64,000 nt of DNA from Eledone cirrhosa. Lineage: Eukaryota. The stretch spans positions 47,802,001 to 47,866,000 of the forward strand of contig OZ024749.1 in assembly GCA_964016885.1 (NCBI GenBank). The letters run 5' to 3'. The translations under genes were made by a program, and so were the position numbers. The notes beneath the pieces were generated by a model. That model was not told the origin of the DNA, ran no database searches, and saw only the letters and a list, made by a program, of their open reading frames with translations. Below, piece by piece: positions 41,874 to 55,451 of this stretch. Positions within the stretch are counted from its first letter, which is position 1, and each line of letters opens with the position of its first letter.

Positions 41874-43694
41874 CTTAAATCAATTGTATACTTGTTCAAA
41901 TTATATTCTGTGTGTGATATAATTATAGAAATGAATTCAGACTCTTAAATTACTTTGAATTACTATATTTCTATATGTTTACTTTATAAAATATTTCTGA
42001 AATTTGGAGTTAATATATTTGTTATATTTCAATCTTTAAATCAAACATAATTAAATCTGGTAGATACGTTTTGGAAAAGAAAAGCCCGACCCGTATAGAA
42101 AGATTTGATAATAAAACGGATCGAATTTCTATGTAAACTTCAAATAATATAACGCTGTATTCCAGCGAATCATAATCAAGCGAAACACATCAATTACATT
42201 TTCAGCATTATACGTGCTATATATCGAATAAGAAATTACGAGATCAATATGAGATGTTATTCCATGGACATCTGCAATTAATTACCTCGAACAACAAAAC
42301 GTGATTGAAATTACATAGATACAATGTAATGCAAATTATATTAGTTGGTTAACGGATAAATATCAAAGCAGTTGAACAGGATAAATCTATTTATATATTT
42401 AGTTGATCAGTTTCTGACTCCATTTCCTACTTGTAAAGAATTAACCAGCTAGTGACTCATCAAACTATACAACACTAAACCCACTTAAGAAGTTTCCATC
42501 CTTTTTCACATAACGTTAAACTTATTTCTTTTGTATTAATTTGTTTTAAGTTTTGTACTTTCTCTCTGTCCACTTTTAACAGTAATAATTGGATAATTGT
42601 ATTTCTCAACAAAGGATATACCATTTCTTGATCCAGTATTCATTGAATAAAATAGAAGGGAAAAAATGTCCTTTCTTCGAGAATGAACTAAACAATCACA
42701 CCAAAATTTAATCTTTAACCTCAAAGACACCCTGTTAGTGAATTTTATTCGATCGACGTTAAATGTCATCTACATATTCATGAGAGATATGTTTAAAGAA
42801 CTAGTGAAGTCGCAGTGGGCCAGCATTAACAAATTCTATAAAACTATAGAATAAATTATCTTTAAGTAGCATTATGTTTATTTGTGGAGCTACTAACATT
42901 GTACCACCATAGCGAGAGAATTTTGCATAATGTTTCTATCTATAGATGTTGAAATAATTATGTTTCATGAATGTGCCCTGAGTCACAATGAAAATAGATT
43001 TAATTCCTTCATAATCCAGCTAGAATGGATAATAGAAATACGAAAATAAAATTATGATTCAATATCTCATCTCTACTGTTTGCATTGCTTTAGCTTCATC
43101 TTCTATGTTCTTCTGTCTTCTGCTTCGCATGTAAATTAATAAATTTCAAGCGAATATAGACAGGTTTATTTTGAAAGCAGTAAATTCAATCGAGTGAACT
43201 AAATATAAAAGAATCATAAAATTGCGTAAAATAATTTTTCATCCGAAAATCTAACAAATAACATTTTGAAATTTAAAGCATATATAAATTTCATTTCCTA
43301 ATAATTATGAATATTCCATAAAAAATAAACTTCAAAGAGCTAGAAAGAATGTTTTATGATTCATTTAATATCCTATCCTAATACCATATATGTTCATTTC
43401 TAAGGTTCTATTTTATGTATAAATGCATAAAAAACACACATTAAGCTTTTTCGCAGTATTATATAAAAATGTGCATGCTATTATATCCTTACTTATCCGT
43501 TCTGTCATTAAAATATAACACGAGAATACTGTGGTAGTTACCTATCAAAAGACTGAAAAGGCGACTAGGTAGTACTATAGACATACTATAAATGTTCAGT
43601 GATGTGTTTAGAAATACTCGAGGAATCAAAATTGTGTTTAAAAAAAGCAGCGAGTTGTTATGTTGTGTGTCTTATTGTTAACATATTTATAAAG

Positions 43695-43952
43695 GTCACT
43701 GTGGTATATACATGTGTTCTGTTATATGTGTGTTGGAAGTGACTCAGCAGCATGCATTTCCCCAAACCATCAAATGGAAAAGATAAATGCAACCTCATGT
43801 TCAAATTGCAGAATTTTATTCTTACATGAATGCGTTACATTAATGCCAACATTTGTTACAATAAAGACTGTTGATGGAAAACCTGTAGAAAATACAGCTT
43901 ATGACATCTCACTTTATACAACAAATAATCATAGCATTAGACTGAATAATAA
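43695..43952 (+). CDS. Candidate exon with Ly6/uPAR (quiver-like) N-terminal cysteine pattern
   Basis: Open frame ...VFCYMCVGSDSAACISPNHQMEKINATSCSNCRI...; flanked by ag|g and aa|gtaggt; 258 bp, non-repetitive. No C-terminal CCxxxxCN found. Confidence 0.25.
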
Positions 43953-44921
43953 GTAGGTAACTAGAATTCTATATGTAAATGACATACAATTGGAAAAGGT
44001 ATCGAGAGGAGTAAGTTATAACATTATGCATTTAAGGTTATATGAGGAAATGTGGGGAATATATAGCACACGAAAGCAAGGCAATTAACACTTGAAATTT
44101 GACAATATATGCTTGGTAATTTTCCATGAGCAGTCCATTCCCTATATAATTTAATTTAATGGCGTTGACAATAAATGGTATACGGGAGCATCATCGTAAA
44201 GTCACAGGGAATAAAGACACATGGAATAAAAATATGCAAATATTTAAGTCCAATGTCCTTAATCAGAGTTGACATAACAGAGCACATGAGTTTTCCTAGA
44301 ATATCTGACTGTTAAAAAAAGGGTGAAAGTGAAATTCTACTTATGGATTACCCTTATATCTTGCGATATACTTTATTCCAATATACAACTATACGTTACG
44401 ACAAGTTTTCCTTGTTTAATCCCTGCAGTAACCTGTTCCCAAACAGCATATACAAACATTAGTGAGAACCTGGTTCTGGTAAAATGCAAATATGAAATGT
44501 ATGGCTCTAAAAGCAACATAATTGTATACATAAATTCCTATTTTCCTTCTCTTCAAAACTTCAAAATATATAAGGATATGCATTATTTGTAGGTTCGTTA
44601 TGTAACATCTATTATTCTGAGAATACCTAGATCAAATATATCAGAGTGTAATGTTTAAAACACAGAAGAAATGATGTTTACGAAATGTGCAATTTCAAGT
44701 CATAATAATAAGGGATTATACAAAAAGCAAGAACTCTATAAGAGTCATGATATATAGGTGTGTAATAAGAAAATGCAGAAATTAATGGTAAAGATAAAAC
44801 TATATATATATATATATATTTCATAAATAAATATTTCTTCTGGTGAATGAAGACAGACATAAGTATCTGTCTTCAGGAAACCACAGGTAAATGAAATAAT
44901 TATATTATGTTGTTTATTACA

Positions 44922-45004
<83 letters not shown>

Positions 45005-47027
45005 CAAAAGTAATAAGATAACGTCCACCTCCTCTCATATTAAGGTATCTATTTCCAATATGGCATTAAATAAATGTTTATCTAACTCCTCATACACTTC
45101 TCACATTCCACCTTCTAGGACTTCGTACTACTTCTATTCTTTAGAAACGCTAATATCTTATACTTCTCCATCGCATCTATTACTCAATACCTAGTGTATT
45201 ACTTTCATAGTTGATCCATTTACTTGCGTAAATTATATTCAGTCTTCATTAATAAGTTAATTTTGAATTTTAGTAAAAAATAAATATACCACACTTCACA
45301 TTAACGAATGTGTAATTAATAATATTCATGTTCAAATGAAATAATTTTGTTTACTCCCATTTATTACCAACAGCAAAATATAACATATCATCCTATACGA
45401 ATTGATCATATTGTATTTATTACTTCGTCAAAGAAGAGAAAGCATAAACATGTAATATGAAGAGAAAAATCGGGAATAGTGATATTTTAGTGTTATTAAT
45501 GTTTTGCTGTGTCATATATCGCATATACTTAAACAGAAAACTACGTATTTTACGTTGAGGCATATTTCAGGATCTTTTTTGGCATACTTGGTGTTGTCAT
45601 TCTGCATGTTTATTTGATAAGGTTTATCCTCAGGTCAGTCTTTACCAACACTATTTGTAATAGGATGCTCCAACAGAGATCATGACATATAGTATTCTGA
45701 CTTATAATACATGCGTATATATTATTCAATGCCTGCTTTTCTCCTTCAAGAAGGATATAGTTTCAAGACAGATTCGGTAGACATTTTAATTCTATTGAAC
45801 GAGAAATAGGACAATTCGATTCATCCACAATATAAATCGACGTTTGCGTGTATGTCTGTGGAATTGTGTGTATGTGGTTATGTGTGTGAATGTGTGTGCG
45901 TGTATGTGTGTGTAATTGCGTACGTGACGTTGCTCACTATTTGTTCAAGTCTTAATTCGTAGTCTGCAAAAATAGGGAAAAGATAAAGGAAGAAGAAAAC
46001 AGTATTTTTATACAAAATATCTGACTACTCATATGTTAATACATATACTTCACTATTATCGATTTAAAGTAACATATATGAAACATATTCTGTGACACGC
46101 CTGCCAACTCGAAGAGTAAAATTGTTCTTCAATTTATATAAGTGAGTTTTGCATTCGATAGTGATTTCAACTGACAGTTGCAGCCATTTTGTGTTATTTT
46201 ACGAATAAATTATATATGTTTTGAACAATTCTCTACTATACATATTTCATGGATAAAAGTTCAACTGTCATCAATCAATCATCCAGTCAATTAATCAATG
46301 CGGAGAGAGTGTTAGAATAAGGGAAAATGCATGCGGTTATCGACAACTCTGATAGTATTATAAACAGATCAGTTATTCTAATTTGTAATTATGACACATT
46401 TCTTGAGTCTCAAGAATATGCGAAAGGGTTGCTTCGACAAATCTTGAATACTTTATAATTTTAGCTGATCATACAAACATACATTTTCCTGTCATTTATC
46501 ATTGCCAGATTAGTTATCATATATTACATAGTGTAATGTTTAATACTAGTCATCCGTGAATATTCCTGGTGACATGTTTTCACCGCGACTAATAAAATAC
46601 ACATTAATATTTATTTATACAATATATTTTCTGCATACTTGCTACTTGATTCATAGTGCATGTCGAGAGACGTGAACAAAATATTAGGTTGCTTTATCGT
46701 CAACATTATTACCATCATTGAATCGTCATCATCACTATTATTACAATCTTCGCTATACATAGCAACAGATATGAATCGCCGTTATAATTATTGTTGCTCT
46801 TACTGCATGACTACAGGTACATCCGTGATTTTGAAACGTTGGCAGCATTTTTTTAAAACTTAATTCATGCTGTTTTCTTTAATATTATTATTTTTCTAAT
46901 GTGATTTATCTCCCATTTTGGTATCTGTTTAGTGATTGATCTCTTATATATATGTTGTATTATTGCCTTATACTCTAGTTTTCTCCACCATTTCTTTCGT
47001 TTTTCCTCGTTCTCTCTCTCCCTCTTT

Positions 47028-47092
<65 letters not shown>

Positions 47093-47737
47093 CGAGTAAG
47101 AATGCGAAGTAGTTTCAGATGTTACAGTCCTTTAATAATAATGGTGTGCTACATATTTCAATGACAACAGTGGCCACAGGGTTTCGTGCGCCCAGTGCCG
47201 TGACATCCTCAGACAGCTTGTTACATAATAAGGTTATGTTTCCGAGGCAATCCAAATTGAATCGACGTGGGAACGGACAAAGCGTGTGCTCTTGAGTTCT
47301 TCGCCCGTTCCCTTGTGTGTCCCAATCCACCCCCACCGGTCTGCGCAGGCCCAAGTCCGAAGGAAGTTGATCATCAACTACCGCAGAGTTTTAAGAAACT
47401 CGCCTAGGCAGGTTCCCCTCTCAATCAAACAATGACTCCATCCAGGCCTTTAATATGACACGGGTTACAGCTTACTGCTAGCCACCATGTTAGTGGCAGT
47501 CGGCCGAAAGCTAGTGGGGTGGGAGAGTATGAGTATCAATAGGTCCCACTACTACCCCTAAATTAAGCATGGACAGTAGAATTGACTATCAACCGCTAAG
47601 AGAATATATACATATTTCTAGGTATTATGGTTTCACAGTGGAAATTATGAATGAGAGTTGGAAATTAACACTAAAAATTACAAATCAAAAGTCAAAAATT
47701 AAAAAAAATTACAAGTTAGAATCTAGATTGAAGTAAG

Positions 47738-47809
<72 letters not shown>

Positions 47810-48085
47810 ATATAAATATATATATATATATATATGTACATATGATAACTAATAAATAGGGAGATGTTTAAGTTATAGTAAGAAGTTTTGAAAGTGGGAT
47901 CAATATTACAGATATATTATCTACATATTGAACGATAGTACCATACAGTAGAACGGAGGGTAAATTAGAGTATGAAGCGTAGTAGTTAGGCGATTACATA
48001 GTTAATATATCTATCACATGGAACAAAACAAAATGCAAGGTAAAACATACACACAAAAAACAAAAAAATACATGAAATACATAGT

Positions 48086-48160
48086 TGTAAAATGAGATAG
48101 GAGATACATATGTAAAATGAGATAGGAGATACATATGTAAAATGAGATAGGAGATATATA
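48086..48160. repeat. 25-bp tandem repeat x3
   Basis: tgtaaaatgagataggagatacata at 48086, 48111 and 48136. Confidence 0.92.
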
Positions 48161-49060
48161 TGATAAACACATGCGAAGAAGGTAAACTGCACGAACATAA
48201 GGGTATAAGTGGTTAATATGATTGTCAATTTGTCCATATAAATGTTTATCTGGTGAAGTGAGGCGGCTTTTGTTCAAGGTCTCTGTGCAGAGGCAATATA
48301 TATATATATATGTGTGTGTGTGTTTGTGTATTATGTGTGTGTGTGTGTGTGTGAGAGAGAGCTTGTGTGTGTGTGTATGTGTGTGTGTGTGTATATGTGT
48401 GCGTGTGTGAATGTGTGTGTGGGTGTGTGTGAGAACCATGTAATGGAGGTATGGATGGGAGATAGAGAGATATGTAGAAAGACATAATCCCATTTTAATC
48501 GACAAATATGCTCACTGTATTATTCCAAATATATATTTGGACTCATCGATTTTCGATTCAATCACTACGGTCGGTATTCTAATAAAATTATCATTACCAA
48601 AGATACTGATATGGAACACAACAATAATGGCATTCTCCTTTGAATAATAACATATATATATTTCTATTGGGGACCATTCGGATAGAGCATATAAGGGTTA
48701 ATTCGTTTTGTGAACGATGTCTTGCAAAACACTAGAAATAACCCGCTCGAAAACCATTTTTCTTTCATGAGACAGCTGCTATTTCATACAATATTTTGTA
48801 ATGTCAGTTAAGGTTTGAAATACATCGGCATTCAGATAGGTAGGATCAAGCAAAATACAATATTAACTGACAATATCAACGCTAACGACTACACTTTAAT
48901 GTTTAATGTTTAATGTAAGCCGACCTATCAGATTTCATTGTAGAAAATATTCGACTATCGAATTACTTTATCTTTTTTTTTTTTTTTTCAGTTTGTTAAA
49001 AATAAACCTGTTTATTCTGATAAGCAACAAACATTGATATTGTTCAAGACGTCCTTATAA

Positions 49061-49248
49061 ATAATTGTTTCTACATTAGGCACAAGGCCAGCAAATTACC
49101 CAGTGTATTACTGGTACTTTATTTTATCGAACCCGTAAGAATGAAAGGCAGAGTTAACCTCGGCGGAATTTGAACTCAGATCGTAAAGGGACGTGACTAT
49201 GCTGGAAAGCATGGCGTCCTACCCTCTACTGATACCGCCAATCCACCG
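49061..49248 (-). mobile_element. Meta/MESC-type tRNA SINE
   Basis: Near full-length homologue of 11451-11639. Confidence 0.9.
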
Positions 49249-50181
49249 AGAAATAATACCAACACATCTTATAGCATGCATTGAACGTGTATTGTACGTC
49301 GTTACGTGGTTGCTATTATTCTCAATAAATTATTCACTTACCGGCAGAAGATATGGCAATGGAGAAATTTAATGTTATTCTCTTCAGTGTTGTTTATCAC
49401 CAGTTCAAGGCTATTAGGATTGAACTGAAATGAACTTCATTCAAACTCATGAGTTTCTAGACACATCATCCAAGGTTATTGTTTAATCTTGTTGCGGATG
49501 ATTCGAAAATACTAAAATGTGTTTGCACATCTTCGAAGAGCTATCATGTAATATCACGGATTGACTCGTTCATTCAAATTACACTAATGAGATTCATGAC
49601 AGAAATATGAACAATTCTGACAAAGCAAGATACTAAATAATTGATATATATAATGTTGAATGAAGAGAAGGATGTTAAGGAAACGTTTGTAAATATGATC
49701 AATAAATATATATTGCACGTACATCAAAAGAGCTCCTTTGATAGTCATGTAATGAGAGACACCACGTCGATTTTATATTTCAATACAAATTCATTTTCTA
49801 GATAATCGCTTATATGTTTTCATAAAATATATTATAAGAGGCAACAAGGATATGACATCCTTGTTGCCCATATCACATATATATATATTATAAACAAAAA
49901 TGTACACTTATTTCGGGGAAATGATAGTGATATTGATTGCATTTGTATTAGGTAAAATATTTAATAGCGTTAATTTGAGCCAAAAAGAGGCCTTATCTGG
50001 CAAATTATAGAATATAGTAGCCATTGGCTTTGCATGCAAGAAGAAAAGAGTGGTTTTATATTACTAATAACCATTACTGAATTATAGTGTGAACTACGAA
50101 TTACTAAAACACAGAACCTATTTTATTAAATTATGTACTGATATTAGTTTTACTAATTTGATATTATATATACCCCCAAAC

Positions 50182-50617
50182 ACTGCCATGAAAGATTTAA
50201 TGGTATTTACAAGAAAATTAGACCAATCCTGTTGACTACTGCAATCTTCCCATATAAGGAATTACCTCTTGAACATTTCGGCTATTTATTTACCACGCTA
50301 AAAATTCTAATTTAGTCCAGAAATAGCCGTCGAAATGGCTTGAGCTCTGCTGTCGGGATTAAACATTTTCCTATATATATATATATATATATATACACAT
50401 ACATATATGTATATAAATGCATTCATAGGAAAATGTTTAACCCCGACAGCAGAGCTCAATCCATTTCGACGGCTATTTCTGGACTAAATTAGAATTTTTA
50501 GCGTGGTAAATAAATAGCCGAAATGTTCAAGGGGTAATTCCTTATATGGGAAGATTGTAGTAGTCAAAAGCATTGGTCAAATGTTCTTGTAAATACCATT
50601 AAATCTTTCATGGCAGT
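50182..50617. repeat. 193-bp-arm inverted repeat (tail-to-tail) around a TA-rich spacer
   Basis: Arms 50182-50374 and 50425-50617, ~10 mismatches; inner ends carry cagaaatagccgtcGAAAtggcttgagctctgctGTCggg. Confidence 0.9.
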
Positions 50618-51241
50618 AGTTGGGAGGTGGTGGTGGCAGACTTGCCTGTAGAACGATGAGGGAGTGGTGGAGCTGGTCAAGCGTGGAAAGTGAATTCTAT
50701 AAAGCAAATTCTAAGGAGTGTGTATGACAAAGGCTTGATAGGAAACAGGCGAAAAAGGATTCTGGCGAAAATAAAGGTGGACGTTATAGAATAGGTAAAT
50801 AAAATGAGATTAGGAGATAATAAATAAATAAAAAATATATTAAATTATAAAATTGGATAGTAAAAATTAATAAAACAAATTTAATAAAAAAAATCTCTAG
50901 AGTCTAAAATAGCTGCTACATTTAGTTGGTATTACGTCTTCGGTCAATGCTATATATAATTTACTGACGTGGGGGGACTGAGGCTATAAAAGCCCGATAT
51001 GCTGCCTCGTGGTTGGCGAAGGAGAAAAATGAAAAGGAAGAGGATAGGGAGTGGAAGGATGTGATAGGAAGTGATACCATAATGTTGGTATGTTTATATA
51101 CATGTTTTGTATATATATAATATTCACTTCTGCGTTCACAGATAGACTTTGTTAGTTTCATAAGATCCCGTTAAGGGTGAAAGCAGCGATTCTTTGCTTA
51201 AACTTTAATCTGTTATTTTAATAAATATATATATATATATA

Positions 51242-51406
<165 letters not shown>

Positions 51407-51429
51407 GTGTATTTGTGTATGTGTATGTA

Positions 51430-51495
51430 AGTATGTATACGTACATACATATATGTATACAGGCGTACAGTAGTATGTATATATTTACATGCATG

Positions 51496-51571
<76 letters not shown>

Positions 51572-52392
51572 CGTATGGGTTTACCGAACATTTATTATAA
51601 TTTACGGTTTGTTTGTAAGCAAAATCCCGAATTAAGTCGTACAGTGTTCGGCAACCATCGTCGCCCTTTTGTTCAACACTGACAAAGGAATGATGAACTA
51701 ATTTCAAGCTTATTAGCTATCGTCAGCATCGTATAAATTCCTGTCAGATGATTGAACGTTTGAAAGTATATACTGTCCTTATGCATATTAACGGCTGAGC
51801 AGCCTAATTTACATATCGAGTGAGTTAGTCGGCCGGGCTTACCGAAAACGATAAATGGAAAAGAATGAAATGAAATGAAATGAAAGTTCTCATTCTTAGT
51901 ACGGCTGATACTTAGATGTAAATATTTATACGTACATACATATGTGTATGTATATATATACGTACAATTGTATGTATATATTTACATACATGCACACACA
52001 TATATATGTACGTATGGGTGCTCAGCCGTTAATATGCATAAGGAAAGTATATACTTTCAAACATTCAATCATCTGACAGGAAGGTATACGATGCTGACGA
52101 TAGCTAATACGCTTGAAACTAGTTCATCGTTCCTTTGTCAGTGCCGACGATATTTGCCGAACGATGTACGACTTAATTCGGGATGTTTGTTTACAAACAA
52201 ACCGAACATTATAATACATGTTCGGTAAACTCATACGTACATATATATATATATGTGTGTGTGCATGTATGTAAATATATACACACTAGTGTACGTCTGA
52301 ATACATATATATATATGTACGTATACATACTTACATCTAAGTATCAGCCGTACTAAGAGTAAGACATTTCATTTCATTTCATTTTTTTCCAC
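51430..52392. mobile_element. Complex head-to-head pLTR-like structure with hammerheads at 51690-51732 (-) and 52088-52130 (+)
   Basis: Plus copy: acgatg-CTGACGA-tagc-taatac-gctt-GAAA-ctag-tt-catcgt (stem III palindrome ACTAGT). 51570-51800 is inverted relative to 52020-52240. Confidence 0.75.
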
Positions 52393-52404
52393 TTTATATA
52401 TATA

Positions 52405-52900
52405 TGAAAGAGATAGGCTACTGAGAGAAGCTAAAAGAACTGAACCTCTACTTGAAACGAAGACGGGAGAGATACACAGTGATATACATGTGGAAAATCC
52501 AGGAGGGACTAGCACCAAACTTTGCCATTGGCAGCTGGATTAACCCCCGAACAGGACGTCATTGTGTGGGGCCAAAGGTCCCGTCTTCCACATCTATAAT
52601 AAGGAGCAGATATTACAATACCTTGGGGTTCAAGGGCCCTCACCTCTTCGACAAGCTGCCGGGGGATCTGAGATATCTGTATGGTGTGGATGTGGATGTT
52701 TTCAAGAAACATCTGGACACCTTGCTATCCAGGATTCCGGATGAGCCAACAGCAATGCACGCGGGAAACCTAAGTGCAGCAGCAACGAGCTCCCTCTGTA
52801 CTAGTGGCCAACCAATACAGGCGGGAGATAAAATGTGTAGCACAAAAGGGCGGTACCCCACCATGGCCTCAGCCGAATGGCTAGAACAGGTAAAAGAGTA
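52405..52900 (+). mobile_element. CR1-group LINE ORF2 C-terminal fragment and 3' UTR
   Basis: LKELNLYL-KRRRERYTVIYMWKIQEGLAPN...GPHLFDKLPGDLR...FKKHLDTLLSRIPDEP, the typical post-RT C-terminus of CR1-like LINEs. Confidence 0.85.
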
Positions 52901-52926
52901 AAAGAGTATATATATATATATATATA

Positions 52927-53590
52927 TATTGTTATACTTGGGGAGGGTCATATTTGCGTAATATTGCCAGAATTAATAACAGAACACACTCACTGTTTGG
53001 TTGGTTTTCGCTTCTCGCTGTCTTTTATTATATCTGCGATCTAACTTACTCGGTCCTCAATGTTGCCATTGACTGACCGGCGGTCAAAAATAATACAGAT
53101 ACAATATAGACACAAACACATATATATATATATAGTTTACATAATTTACATAAATCTTTCGTTGCACATCTGCAACATCGTCAGTGGTGTTATATTCATT
53201 GTTCCTCCTGTTGTGTTGTATGCCTATGCCATTTTTTATTCAGTCTGTCTATATATTTATTTATTTATTTGCTTGTTTGTTTATCTTATTTTATTTTGTC
53301 TTCTTTGCGCATGCGTTTGCGTGTGTGTATAGTGTTATGTGTGATGTGTGACTAGTGTGTATAGTGTTGTGTCTGCTGGGTGACTAGTGTGTGTTTATGT
53401 GCTTGTTGTTATTGTGCTTGTGTATGTATTTATTTATCTTATTTTATTTAATTTTATTTACTTATTTATACTTCTCTTAGGTCAGTGTTGTTTGTTTGGG
53501 TGTTGTTGTTGTTCCACTCATTCTTTCTGTTTAGCTTTGGTCTTCTAATTTCTATTTCACTGGCCTCTCTGATTTGCCTATCTGCTGGGC
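52927..53590 (-). mobile_element. 5'-truncated Penelope-like copy (GIY-YIG tail + pLTR), homologue of ~5065-5720
   Basis: Near-identical reverse complement; hammerhead core 53157-53184; both flanks are (TA)n. Confidence 0.9.
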
Positions 53591-53597
53591 CAGTCTG

Positions 53598-53672
<75 letters not shown>

Positions 53673-53697
53673 GAAAGAGAGAGAGATATAGAGAAGG

Positions 53698-53728
<31 letters not shown>

Positions 53729-53736
53729 CACAGAGA

Positions 53737-53799
<63 letters not shown>

Positions 53800-54748
53800 T
53801 CATCACGTTATAGCGACATGTAATGTTTATATGGATATAAATAACTTAACGGCAACAATGTTAAACAGCGAATAGGAGTGTAATTTCATACATCAAAGCC
53901 GTATTGCACTTCTAATGCCAGGTGAATAACCGATGTACTGGTAAGTAGCAGAAATATTATATTTTTATGATCCGGAATCGAACAATATTCAATTTACTAA
54001 ATTAATTTTGGTTTCAATTTTTCAATATGTTCGGCGTTAGCATTTTACATATTTTACTTGCTAAGTCCATTGTTTAATATTTTTTATGAATTTATCGCTG
54101 ACTTTGTCGAAATTCAGCCGTAAATGTTCTTGTCATTTCTTTGTTTTGCCATTATCTCACGTGCAGTCCGTCGGTGAAATGTAATATAATCTTAAATCTC
54201 GAAATTGACACCAACATGCTGAATGATGGCGATACCAGTCACTGTTGTTTTGAGTGAGAGATTGGCCTATTGCAAGGATTCACTTGACATAAAAAATAAA
54301 GTGTATCCATGTCATCACTTGACTAAAACCACGGGGTTAGCATGAATATTCCTAGCTGTAGATGATGAAGTCTTTTTCTTTTTAAATTCTATCGCTACAG
54401 CTTATGCAGAAACGAATGTAAGTCATTGGGCGATATTAAACGTCATGATCATGCCACCCACGTCCACGAAAAAAATACAGTGATGGAATTTAAAGAAATC
54501 GAGATATATATATCATAAATGTGTGGGAAACGTTAGAGGTATTGTAAAGATAAAGGTTTGTGTGCATAATCAAAAGAAGGAAACTAAGTAAAGCTTCGTC
54601 GGATAGCCCATTATTTAATAGATCGCATGCCCCCAAACACAGTTGCATATTCATATATATATATATCTATACGTATGTCTGTCTATAAGGACACATACTC
54701 ACACACACACACACACACACACGCGCGCATATGTATATATATAAATAC

Positions 54749-55413
54749 TTAGTATATCTACCAACATATATATACAGATGTATACTTATGCAAACAAATA
54801 TTTAGGTTTTGTCTTAGTAACTGTGTGGCTCAATGCAAGGGGATGCAGAAGAAGTATATGTAAAACGTAAAATAAGAAAATTATAGTAATTAGATTACTT
54901 ACTTAAATTTCACTCCAACTAATTAGTTTCTGAAAGGGAATATACATGGAGATCATGGACTAACCTTTCATCATCAGGGAGTCATTCTCAGCTAAGATAC
55001 CTGGCGATGCGCGGACACAGGAAACTTATACAAAAATAATCAGTGGATGGAAAAGAGCAAGCGGGGACTAAATACCAAGACACTGAAAAAATCACTGCCT
55101 TCTTGTTCGGTGGCAAATTCAAAAGAATCAACACGTGACACCGAGGTTAATGAGTGCGGAGTGGGGTGTTAAAAAGACAATAGCCAAGTTGTTACTATGA
55201 ACTATAGTAGTAATTTTGGCAAATGTTTGCTCAACAGAATAATTTGGAGATAATTATAAAAAATTAGTATATCTACCAACATGTATATACAGATGTATAC
55301 CTATGCAAGCAAATAGATAGGTTTTGTATTAGTAACTTTGTGGTTCAATGCAGTGTGGAGTGACATTTAAGTAAGTAAGCTAATTACTATAATTTTCTTA
55401 TTTTCCGTTTTTC

Positions 55414-55418
<5 letters not shown>
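54749..55418 (-). mobile_element. Diverged ~1.2-unit copy (515-bp period) of the 531-bp retrozyme-like family plus inverted piece
   Basis: ttagtatatctaccaaca at 54749 and 55264; plus-strand piece 55356-55418. Confidence 0.8.
54912..54982 (-). ncRNA. Type I hammerhead ribozyme with intact core
   Basis: Minus strand: actcc-CTGATGA-tgaaagg...cctttca-GAAA-ctaattag-tt-ggagt; palindromic stem III ACTAATTAGT. Confidence 0.78.

Positions 55419-55451
<33 letters not shown>

Noticed and set aside
44323-44592. 89-aa non-repetitive ORF
   Set aside because: No recognisable domain; length is compatible with chance.
45571-45633. Possible hydrophobic exon completing the Ly6-like candidate
   Set aside because: The apparent donor lies in what looks like a decayed interspersed repeat; chance match likely.
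48086-48160. CRISPR-like array
   Set aside because: No spacers; simple tandem repeat in eukaryotic DNA.
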